Of a stretch of DNA of 64,000 bases, positions 26,685 to 37,498 are shown piece by piece. The stretch is from Podarcis liolepis (Eukaryota), in the NCBI GenBank assembly GCA_965112155.1, contig OZ218110.1. One strand, written 5' to 3'. The first letter of the stretch is position 1; each line of letters starts with the position of its first letter. The position numbers were made by a program, and so were the translations under genes. The notes below the pieces were generated by a model that worked only from the letters and a program-made list of their open reading frames with translations, had not been told where the DNA came from and made no database searches.

Positions 26685-27890
26685 TTTTAATAATAATAAT
26701 AATATTTTTTGTACCTTGCCCATCTGACTGGGTTGCCCCAGCCCCTCTGGGCACCTTTCAACAAAATATGTAAAGACACAACAGAACATCACACATTAAA
26801 AACTTCCTAATATGGGGCTGCCTTCAGACATCTACAGAAGGTCATCTAATTCGTTACCTCTTTGACATCTGGCAGGAGGGCATTCCACTACAGAGAAGGC
26901 CTTCTGCCTGGTTCCCTGTAACTTAGTTATCACAGTGAGGGGACTGCTAAAAGACCCTTGGAGCTGGACCTCAGTGTCCCGGCTGAACGATGGGGGTGGA
27001 GACGCTACTTCAGGTATACAGGGCCGAAGCCGTTTAGGGCTTTAAAGGTCAGCACCAACACTTTGAATTGTGCTTGGAAATGTACTGGTAGCCAATAAAG
27101 ATCTAAAGTCCAGTGTTATATGGTCCTGGCGGCTGCGCACATCCACCAATCTGGCAGCTGCATTCTGGATTAGTTGTAGTTTCCGAGTCACATTCAAAGG
27201 TAGCCCCACGTAAAGTGCATTGCAATAGTCTAAGCGGGAGATAACCAGAGCGTGCACGACCCTGGCGAGACAGTGGGCAGGCAGGTAGGGTCTCAGCCAG
27301 CATACCAGATGGAATTACGGTAATTTAAATTTATTTATTTATTTATTTAATACCGCCCTATAGGCACAGGTCTCAGGGCGGTTTACAGAATAAAATCAAA
27401 ATATAAAACCACAAAATCCAAAATAAAAATAAAAACAAGCCAATAACCCCTCCCCTCCAAAACACCCACATTTTAAAAGAGCCTAGGATGTAAATCTGAT
27501 CAGTCAAAGGCCTGGTTAAAAAGGAACGTTTTTCCTGGCGCCTAAAGGTGTATAATGAAGGCGCCAGGCAAACTTCCCTGGGGAGAGCATTCCATAGACA
27601 GGGAGCCACTGCAGAGAAGGCCCCATTCTTGTGTTGCCCCCCTCCGGACCTCTCAAGGAGGGGGCACACAAAGGAGGGCTACAGAAGATGATCTCAGGAT
27701 CTGGGTAGGTTCATATGGGGAGAGGCGGTCCTTGAGGTATTGCGGTCCTGAGCTGTTTAAGTCTTTATAGGTCAAAAACAGCACTTTGAATTAGGCCCAG
27801 AAACTAATTACGGTAGTAGCCAGTGCAGTCGAAACAGGACTGGTGTAATATGCTCAAACCGTCTTGCTCCAGTGAGCAACCTGGCCGCTG
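26685..27890 (-). mobile_element. Two adjacent L2 LINE 3' fragments
   Basis: HALVISRLDYCNALYVGLP..LQLIQNAAARL (L2 ORF2 hallmark); AFSAVAP.LWNALP. Confidence 0.8.
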
Positions 27891-28158
27891 AATTTATATC
27901 CCATCCTTCTTCCCAAAGGAGCCTAGTGTGGCAGGGAAGGGTTGTGGTCTGGGAGGCCTCTGCTAGCTGTGAACAATACAAGTCTCTGCATCCTTGTGCA
28001 GGTAGTTTGCCTGACCTGCTTGTGATATTGACTTTGGGCTGTTGTTTGACCTTGGGCTCTAGACCTAGGCTGATCTTCTCCGCTTGACCTTGGCTTGTTT
28101 GGATTCCACGGCACTTGCAATCCTGCCCTTGTTGGCGAATGTTTTGCTAAGAGGCTTA

Positions 28159-28405
28159 TACAGTTGTACCTTGGATTGCAAATGCCTTGGTTCTCGGACA
28201 TTTTGGCTCCCGAACGCCATAAGCCCGGAAGTGGGTGTTCGGTTTGTGAATGTTCTTCGGAACCCAAATGTCTGACGGGGCTTCCGTGGCTTCCAATTGG
28301 CTGCAGGAGCTTCCTGCAGCCAACCCGAAGCCGCGCTTTGGTTCCTGAACATTTTGGAATGGACTTCTGGAACGGATTCCATTTGACTTCCAAGGTATGA
28401 CTGTA
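28159..28405. mobile_element. Tc1/mariner-pogo MITE family B
   Basis: TA-CAGTYGTACCTTGG...CCAAGGTAYGACTG-TA. Confidence 0.8.
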
Positions 28406-28754
28406 CCTCCTGGAGCTGGGACCCCAATGTCAAGGGCACCTACTGGAGTGTGATCAACTGTGGGAGATCCACTTAAGGATTGTCAGGGACTGGCTGGCTG
28501 AAGAGGAGCGATGGGAGGCACCAGCAGGGACCGAAGGGAAACTCCAGAGGAGGAAGGCTCAAAGCCAGGGGGTTGGTAGTGGGACACTTGAGGAGAGGTC
28601 AGAGGGAGAAGATTGTGAGGAGGGGCTGGATGCTGAAGGGACAAGAGGGTTTGGAAGCAGAAAGAACCTGTGTCAGGGAACAGTTCGGACTCTGAGGCTG
28701 AAGCAGAAGAGGGAGGTCAGGCTGCTGAAGAATCTAGGGAGTCTCCCACTCCAC

Positions 28755-29075
28755 CCCCATCGTTCAGCCCAGACACTGAGATCCAGCTCCGAGGGCCTTC
28801 TGGCGGTTCCCTCATTGCGAGAAGTGAGGTTACAGGGAACCAGACAGAGGGCCTTCTCGGTAGTGGCGCCCGCCCTGTGGAACGTCCTCCCATCAGATGT
28901 CAAGGAAATAAGCAGCTATCCCATCTTTAAAAGACATCTGAAGGCAGCCCTGTTTAGGGAAGTTTTTAATATTTAATACTGAATTGTTTTTAACTCGATT
29001 GGGAGCCGCCCAGAGTGGCTGGGGAAACTCAGCCAGATGGGCGGTGTATAAATAATAAATTATTATTATATTATT
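28755..29075 (+). mobile_element. L2 LINE 3' fragment
   Basis: Same 3' end as the 60080 copy; (TAT)n tail. Confidence 0.75.
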
Positions 29076-29239
29076 GTTGCAACAAGCTCTCCTCCACTGT
29101 GGTCTCCAAGAACGTGCAGGATAATAAGGAGAGAAGAACAGAGACCACAGATACACAGACACCGTTTGAGACTGCTCCACAGGGGCAAGACCTACTGGGA
29201 ACTGTTGCTGATTTGTATGCTGTTTCCTTGGATAAAGGA

Positions 29240-29594
29240 GGGACGCGGGTGGCGCTGTGGGTTAAACCACAAAGCCTAGGACTTGCCGATCAGAAGGTTG
29301 GCGGTTCGAATCCCCGTCATGGGGTGAGCTCCCATTGCTTGGTCCCTGCTCCTGCCAACCTAGCAGTTCGAAAGCACATCAAAGTGCAAGTAGATAAATA
29401 GGTACCGCTCCGGAGGGAAGGTAAACGGCGTTTCCGTGCGCTGCTCTGGTTCGCCAGAAGCAACTTAGTCATGCTGGCCACATGACCCAGAAGCTGTACG
29501 ACGGCTCCCTCGGCCAATAAAGCGAGATGAGCGCCACAACCCCAGAGTCTGTCACGACTGGACCTAATGGTCAGGGGTCCCTTTACCTTTACCT
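29240..29594 (+). mobile_element. Sauria/Squam1-type SINE
   Basis: Full length; TSD tccttg(g/a)ataaag. Confidence 0.9.
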
Positions 29595-29750
29595 CCTTGA
29601 ATAAAGAGTTAACTTCCCTGACAATGGAGCCCTGCATCGTTCATGCTGACCCTGACTAGGACCCCCTGATTTTGAAAGCTGCCTGGAACTGCTTCTCATT
29701 TCCATGCATGCATGCCCCCAGAATACCCATCCTTAGACCCTGATCCGTAC

Positions 29751-29886
29751 CTGGAATGGCTCCTCTGCGTATTCCGGTATTTGATGCAATACATGGCCAC
29801 AATCACAAACATGACTGCAGACACCAACGCTCCTACGAGGCCAGCCACCAGGCCAGCCACGTCAACACCAGGTCTTACTGTGGAAG
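29751..29886 (-). CDS. PRRG2: PRRG2 coding exon 4 (transmembrane helix, 136 nt)
   Basis: CTCCAG|CT TCC; STVRPGVDVAGLVAGLVGALVSAVMFVIVAMYCIKYRNTQRSHSR; donor AG|GTACG. Confidence 0.9.
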
Positions 29887-31005
29887 CTGGAGAGATTGAG
29901 GGAAGATTAGTAGAGATATCTGGTGCCCGCCTCCGCAAATTGCTCTAATAGGAGCCCTGTTGTGAGCACTGCCACCCTGATTCAGAGGGGCTTCGGAGAT
30001 ATCAAAGTTGCCTTTTCTCCAGGAAGTACAATCTGCCCTCCCTTGCTATTATGGGCTGCTTGTGAAGCAGCCGTGGGAAAACACTGAGGCAGAAGGTTGT
30101 CCTTGGAATTCCTTTTTTAGAAGGGACAACAACAGGAGATATTTCGGCTGGGAATTTAATAAGAGTTCTGGGCAGGATCTTTGGCAGAGTGGACTATGCA
30201 GATAAGAAAAGGGAAAACACCTAGTAAAAGTAAACTATTGGGCTTTTTCACACATGCAGGAGGAAGGAAAAGAATTTGTTTTAGAAATGATTATTGCTGA
30301 TTTATTGTGGATTTGATAATCACAAACTATCAAATCCACAATAAATCAGCAATAATCATTTCTAAAATAAATTCCTTGCACTCACTTGTAGATATTGCCA
30401 GTGCTTTTTTTCTGGGGGTACGCGTACCCCTGAATATTTTGTGAATCTTTGTGCTTTTGTCCATTTACTGCATTTATTTTCCCTGATTTGAACTATAAAA
30501 TGGTGATTTTTATTGAGTCAAAATGAGAGTACCCCTAAACAGGGTGTTTGTTTGTTTGTTTAAGGAAAAAGGGACTGGAAATTGCAAATGGTAAAATATT
30601 GTACATGCAGGATTTGGCAGGTGGAGAGCTGATGCTTAAGGACAAAAAGTTCAAAAAACTACTGTAAAATAAGTTTAACTGTAAGGAACAGAATGTGAAC
30701 TAGAAACAACTGGAAAAATAAAGCAGCAACAAGAGGAAGCCTTGGACACACGGAGAACCAAATGTTCACTAGACCCTTTTGATCCCCCTTTTAAAATGGA
30801 GTATAACATGCTTTGTATTTTCCTTGTAGGACAGCTGGGGGTGCTGCAAAGCACAGTGGCGATGAGAGCCCACCAACTTATTTTGCAGAGGGCCCAATCC
30901 GCAGAGTGTACTGGGCCTTGAAAACCCTGTTGACACCCCTCAGCTCAGAGTAAGCCCCTGGCGCAAGTGCCAAAGTCTGCTCTTGCTTTCCCCTACTGAA
31001 ATTTG

Positions 31006-31079
31006 GCCTGGGATAGCTCAGTCGGTAGAGCATGAGACTTTTAACCTCAGGGTTGTGGGTTCGAGCCCCACATTGGGCG
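31006..31079 (+). pseudogene. tRNA-Lys-derived copy (Lys-CTT-type body with TTT anticodon), probably a pseudogene or SINE head
   Basis: GCCTGGGATAGCTCAGTCGGTAGAGCATGAGACTTTTAACCTCAGGGTTGTGGGTTCGAGCCCCACATTGGGCG; A and B boxes intact, acceptor stem disturbed. Confidence 0.75.
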
Positions 31080-31237
31080 AAATAAATTATGCGCGTGGGT
31101 GTTTGTGGCCTGTTTGCTCCTCCAGGATGAGCCTCTGGGAAACCAAACCGGAGTTTGTTTCCTTCTGTCATTAGCTGACTCACAATGTAAGAGGGATGCC
31201 TGGGAATTTCCCACTGCCATTTTCTACCCTTACTCAC

Positions 31238-31283
31238 TTGAGCCTCCTTTCCCGTTGTGTTCATAGATATCCCAAAACATTTT
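31238..31283 (-). CDS. PRRG2: PRRG2 coding exon 3 (aromatic stack, 46 nt)
   Basis: Long pyrimidine tract TTCAG|AAA ATG TTT TGG; KMFWDIYEHNGKGGS; donor A|GTGAGT; FWxxY..NGKGG as in PRRG2. Confidence 0.9.
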
Positions 31284-31960
31284 CTGAAGAGAGAACAAAA
31301 AAAAGGGAGGTTAACATGGCATGATAACAAATAACAGCCTTCCCGCCATTTTGAAATCCACGTCCCGAGTTCTGGTGGTGGTAACCACTGGATGCTATCT
31401 GCACTATACATTTAAAGCAATATCACGCCACTTTAAACATTCATGGCTTCTCCCCAAGGATCCTGGGAATTGTAGTTTGTTAAGGGTGCTGAGTGTTTTT
31501 GGAAACGCCTATTCCCCTTACACAGCTACAACTCCCAGAGTCATTTTACAACCAATTCCTCTCCCCAGGGAATTCTGGGAAGTGTAGCTGTGGGAGGGGC
31601 CGTTTTTTGCCCTGGTGAGGCCCTTCTTGGTGGGCTGCTGGCTCCTTACCTGGCAAGGCCAGGTGCGACACAACAAACGCGTACTTATTTTTGAAAGTGT
31701 TGTTTTGCACAAATCTGGTAAATTGGAAAACACGCCTTTCTGACTAAATAAATAAATGGCCATTTTGCCCATTGTGAAACGTGCTTGACAATTTGGCTTT
31801 GGGTATAGTTCACTATTTCACCGTTCCACCGCAAAATGAATCCCCCCCCCTTACAGGTGCATGCACTTACAGGTAAGCAAATACTTGTGCACACGCCAAC
31901 AACAGACTTCAGGTTTCCATAATGAACAGAGCGAATACACTCAATCAGTTATTGCCTGCC

Positions 31961-32309
31961 AAAGGTAAAGGGAGCCCTGACCATTAGGTCCAGTCACGGA
32001 CGACTCGGGTTGTGGCAATCATCTCGCTTTATTGGCCGAGGGAGCCGGAAACAGCTTCCAGGTCATGTGGCCAGCATGACTAAGCCACTTCTGACGAACT
32101 AGAGCAGCACACGGAAACGCCGTGTACCTTCCCGCCAGAGCGATACCTATTTATCTACTTGCACTTTGACGTGCTTTCGAACTGCTAGGTTGGCAGGAGC
32201 TGGGACCGAGCAACAGGAGCTCACCCCGTGGCGGGGATTCGAACCGCCAACCTTCTGATCGGCAAGCCCTAGGCTCTGTGGTTTAACCCACAGTGCCAGC
32301 TGCATCCCC
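31961..32309 (-). mobile_element. Sauria/Squam1-type SINE
   Basis: Reverse complement of the same family; TSD tgcctgc. Confidence 0.9.
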
Positions 32310-33368
32310 ACTGCCTGCTAGTCAAGGTTTAAATGGAACCGGCTTGGGTGTGGACTGAAGCACACACAGAAACATGGCATCTGTGCCACCCACATGTGCA
32401 ATGACACCCTGATGTGCACACAGCTAAGACTGCTTCTCCAGCAATGCTGCCTTATTTCCACACTTGTCGTTTGCAATACGCACTCTAGAGGGCATCAGTC
32501 TATCACAAAAGAAAGTCCTTTAAAAAAGGCGGGAGGGGAGACAACCTCAAATCCCTCAGATTCACAAAATCAGCTAACGAAAGTTCCTTTTGCACTAAAT
32601 TAATCTTTGCCACAGGACTCTTGGCCGCAAACAACAGGCTAACTTAACCCCTGTCCTCAGAAGTCAAATCTCGGCAGATCTGTTTAGCTGAAGGAACTGT
32701 AAATCTTTTAAACTGTGTATGCAACAAGTTAATTTTAATATGAAAGGCGTTGCCTCTCTCTGAGTCAGGATCTGAAACCAGTCCAAATTCTGAACTGGCT
32801 GCGAGCACATAAGAAACTGTGCCATGCAATCCTGCGGACATGCAAAACTGCACAGTCCAAACCTCTGCTTGCAATTACTTGGGAGATTTGTCATATTAGT
32901 AAGGGATAGGGCGGCTGCCAGCTGTGTCCAATATGCTGGAGAAGGATTAAAGCAGGAACAGCTTCTGCCAAGGTGCAGCGCTGGGGAAAGTGGCACCTCC
33001 TGGCATTCACCCTTCTGCAGAATTCAATGCTGATGTTGTCAACATGGTGTCTGTGGACACAATGCCACATCCAGAGCCCACAAAGCCCCTGTACCCGCAC
33101 CGGGCGCAACATATGGGGGGGAGGCACGCTAATCTAGTAGAAGAGACTAAAGTGCTAAAATCCACGGGTTAGGGTGTGCAAATTACTTGCCTTGCCCCGG
33201 GTGCTGACAACCCACGCTACGCCACTGCCTGTACCTCCCCTCCGCTCCCTGTCCCCTTCATCATGAGGTGGTAAAGATAGCTACTTTCCATCCCCTTCTT
33301 GAAAAGTACTGAGAGCTGGAGGAGGAAGTTTGAAGAACAATACTTTCCCACTTCCTCTTTTAGCGCTA

Positions 33369-33614
33369 TACAGTGGTACCTCAGGTTACATACGCTTCAG
33401 GTTACAGACACTTCAGGTTACAGACTCCGCTAACCCAGAAATAGTACCTCGGGTTAAGAACTTTGCTTCAGGATGAGAAAAGGAATCGTGCTCCGGCGGC
33501 TTGGCGGCAGCAGGAGGCCCCATTAGCTAAAGAGGTGCTTCAGGTTAAGAACAGTTTCAGGTTAAGAACGGACCTCTGGAACTAATTAAGTTCTTAACCT
33601 GAGGTACCACTGTA
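33369..33614. mobile_element. Tc1/mariner-pogo MITE family A
   Basis: Same TIRs and TA TSD. Confidence 0.85.
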
Positions 33615-34608
33615 TGCTTTTCAAGATCCAGGTAGGCGACAGAATGACCAACAGAGCAGGAAGGAAAGGGAAATTAGCTGGGGGACTTGGACAGGGGGAG
33701 GAAAATGGAGATACCATGAGGAAGAAAGTCGGGTGCCGCAAACAAACGCATCAGAGCAAACAGCGACTATTCCACTATAAATGGCAAGTGCAGAAAGGCC
33801 CAATATTTCAAAACGGTGGGTGCTGACAACAACCCCTGAGCACATCCATTTTTTAAAAAAGCAAAGGAGGGGGAATCATGAAAAATATACATATCCCCAG
33901 CACTGTATGGAAAGTGGTGTTAAAACGGACCGGTTTATTGTGGCATGAGCTTTGGTGGCAGACAAAAATGCACAGGTTTAAAAGGGGGGCGGGAAGAGAC
34001 ATAGACAGTAGAGGCAAATGGTAATGAAATGCAGAAGGTGCAGACTGTGACAATTCAATTAAAGCTGAAATATAAGCGAAACCAGTTCAGCCGCCATTTA
34101 CAACAGCAGTAATTGTCGATTAACACAATCAGCTTAGCATTGCTCAGCTAATTAGCACCTGCAGCGGGACAGGAAACCACCGCCTCAATTGCTGCAACAG
34201 ACTCGCCCCTCTAGGGCTGTTTAGGTCTTCCACTATCAAGGGCGAATACTGCGATAACTAACCTCTTGACTACAGTAAAGGAAGGTTACACGTTATTTGC
34301 GGTTCTTCTGGTTTCTAAACTACTGCATTTAAGAACGGGCTGGTGTGAAATAAAGGTGTAAGATGTCAATAAACATGAATGCTACAGAGAAAACAACACA
34401 GCGCTTCCTCGAGATAATGCTAGCTGACACAAAGATAAGGCGCGAATAAGCCAGTTCTATTGTCTGTGTCTATGCCCTCGCAGCACCAGCAAAAAAACTT
34501 GAAAAAGTGCACAAGGGTGCACACGTTATCTTTATAAATAGCAGTTTCCCCAATTAATTCTGGTCCTGCAAATGCTTCCACACAGAAACCCAGAAAACAA
34601 ATTCTAAG

Positions 34609-34840
34609 TACAGTGGTACCTCGGGTTAAGTACTTAATTCGTTCCAGAGGTCCGTACTTAACCTGAAACTGTTCTTAACCTGAAGCACCACTTTAACTAA
34701 TGGGGCCTCCTGCTACCGCCATGCCACCGGAGCACAATTTCTGTTTTCTTATCCTGAAGCAAAGTTCTTAACCTGAAGCAGTATTTCTGGGTTAGCGGAG
34801 TGTGTAACCTGAAGCATATGTAACCCGAGGTACCACTGTA
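34609..34840. mobile_element. Tc1/mariner-pogo MITE family A
   Basis: Same TIRs and TA TSD. Confidence 0.85.
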
Positions 34841-36373
34841 TTAACTGAGCCAGTTCAAGCGCTGGCGACCTGCCACTGTGGCATGTGTTGGAGCATTCAT
34901 ACATTCAATTCAGTATTTGGCGATTTAAGGGGACTGGTGCAAAGAAGGACTGGGAACCTGTGGCCCTCCAGATGTTGTCAGATTGCAACTCTCATCAGCC
35001 CCAGCCGGCATGACCAATGGTCAGGGATCATGGCAAATGCAGCCCAATCTCTGGAGGACCACGAAGTCCTCGTCACCAGACTAAAGGGATGCACTTACTA
35101 GAGAAATGCTCTCAACCAATGAGAGCAGAGGGCATAAGCTTGGGGGAACAGTGGCGGCTGGTGCCTATTTAGGACTGGTGGGTCTGAAGGCAGGGAAGCC
35201 AACTCTAGGTGGCGCTAGAGCCACTGAGAGCCAACTATTTCTCATTTTTGTCGCCCTCCTCCTCCCTGCCAAGCTGTGCAAGGGAAAAACTGAGATGATG
35301 GAGGAGAAAACTGACAACCAGGGCCAGCCCCTGGACTGGTTGCAAGCAGGCAGGCAGGCAGGTGGGGGTCTAAGCTGAGGGCTGGATGCAGTTGGCAGTG
35401 GACCAGTCTCCATTGTGGGGGAACACAGGGACTGAGGAAAGGAGAAGGATCTCCTGGTGTGGATGGCAAAGAAGGGGATGAAAGGCCTTGGATACAGGAG
35501 AGAGTGTATTTAGAGAGAAGGGAGAAATAATATTGGGCAGTTTCTGCCAAGAATCTACTTTGGCTTCTCTTACGTTTAGTTACATGGAAACGTTGGAAAC
35601 TGCATAGCCTGTCAAGATAGGAGGAGACACAAAATCTAAATATACAAAGGAGAAGATATCCCAGAAGCCACACAAACACATCAACTTGAATCACCTTCAC
35701 AGTTCAGAATAGGGCGGTGTTTAAACTGATCTCACACACACTGATTTCCCAATTTGATGCAGCCCTTATCGCTCTCCCCCCAGGAAACAGAGATGCAAAC
35801 GAGCCCCAGCCTAGCCACGGATTTATTTCAGCAATCCATCTCTGGCTGCTGCTGGTTTCACTCCCTGCCTGCCCTGAACCATCCAGAGACCAGGACATAG
35901 CTCTGTAATAGGAAGCCTGAGGCCTGTTTGCACGTGGCTCTTTTACTATGCTAGGAATCTACCTGCTCCAAATTCCCTAGACGAGTCCTGACATGGAGCA
36001 CTGTAGTTCATGACAAACGATGTTCCCTGGTTTTCCTTGGCTCTGAAGCACCAGGGCTTTATTGCCTTCTAAGGGAAGCATGGAATCTTGTCCCCTCTTC
36101 ATGTATGAGGACCCTGCAAACACATTGAATGCAACACAGAACCACAACTTTCCTCATCCTCAGTTTACATCAATCACAATTTCAGTTTCCAAATGTACAG
36201 CAGGTAAAGCATGACTCAGAGCTGTTTTTTGTCTGCTTCCGCCCTTTCAGTTTTCAACTTCATAAATCTAGGTGCACAGATGATGGCAGGAAATAATATT
36301 TTAAATGTGCAGTGCAGTGAGTGTGGTTTATTTATTTTTTTAATATAAAATGTTGGGCCTAGCATGGGGGGGA

Positions 36374-36723
36374 GGGACGCGGGTGGCACTGTAGGCTAAA
36401 CCAGAGCCTAGGACTTGCCGATCAGAAGGTCGGCGGTTCAAATCCCCGCGACGGGGTGAGCTCCCGTTGCTCGGTCCCTGCTCCTGCCAACCTAGCAGTT
36501 CGAAAGCACATAAAGAGTGCAAGTAGATAAATAGGTACTGCTCCTGCAGAAAGGTAAACGGTGTTTCCGTGCGCTGCTCTGGTTCGCCAGAAGCAGCTTA
36601 GTCATGCTGGCCACATGACCCAGAAGCTTTACGCCAGCTCCCTCGGCCAATAAAGCGAGATGAGCGCTGCAACCCCAGAGTCGGCCACGACTGGACCTAA
36701 TGGTCAGGGGTCCCTTTACCTTT
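36374..36723 (+). mobile_element. Sauria/Squam1-type SINE
   Basis: Full length; TSD tagcatggggggg. Confidence 0.9.
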
Positions 36724-37334
36724 TTAGCATGGGGGGGGCAGAATTGGTCTGCCGCCAATATTAAACTCCTTCCTAGAGAACTTAGCAATTAGGCTTTACC
36801 CCCACCCCCATGTCTGTATAAACAACAACCCACTTGCTATTAATTTATTTAATCTCTTCCAGGAAAAGCAGAGGTCCTGGTTTTTGAATGCTCTCTCTCC
36901 CCCCCCCCCCCTCTGCAACCAGTCCACTACCTTAGTAAGCCTTTACGTTTGTTGTACGATGGCAGACAACTACTGTATTTTGACTTGCTTCTTCTTTGCC
37001 AACCACATTCCTGACATTATAGCCCTTTGGCAGGTTGCTAGAAAGGCTATCAAATTAAAACTCCAGTTTTACTCTAGTTGCCCTGGTGCAGTCATGAAGA
37101 CACGTTGCTATGTAGCAGGCAGGTGTTGCTAGGTTCTCCTTTCACTCAGCAGGTACAGACAGCTGCATCAGATTTTAATTTGGCATTTATCCCTGTTGGC
37201 CCTGAATCATTTCCCCCTCTATAATTCTGGGTGTGTTTTTTGCGACTACCTAGAAGTGCAGCAGAACACAGTTTCAAAATCTCTATGCTAGACGCTATGA
37301 TGCTCCCAAGCCCAAGGCTTTCCCCATACTCAGC

Positions 37335-37498
37335 TGTTTGGAAGTCATCCTCAAAGACTTCGCGCATTTCTTCGTAGTTGCAAACTTCCTCTATGCATTC
37401 ACGCTGCAAGTTGCCTGGTGTGAACAGCTCAAAATCCCAGTGGTTATAAAGAGGCTTACGGCTCAGGAATCGATGTGCAGTAGAGTCATCCAGGATCA
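37335..37498 (-). CDS. PRRG2: PRRG2 coding exon 2 (propeptide + Gla domain)
   Basis: TTCTCAG|TG ATC; VILDDSTAHRFLSRKPLYNHWDFELFTPGNLQRECIEEVCNYEEMREVFEDDFQT. The 3' boundary is inferred from phase because the donor is non-canonical. Confidence 0.9.

Noticed and set aside
28481-28755. TGTCAGGGA-initiated purine-rich segment, possible LTR fragment
   Set aside because: No closing CA end, TSD or primer-binding site identifiable; truncated by an L2 piece
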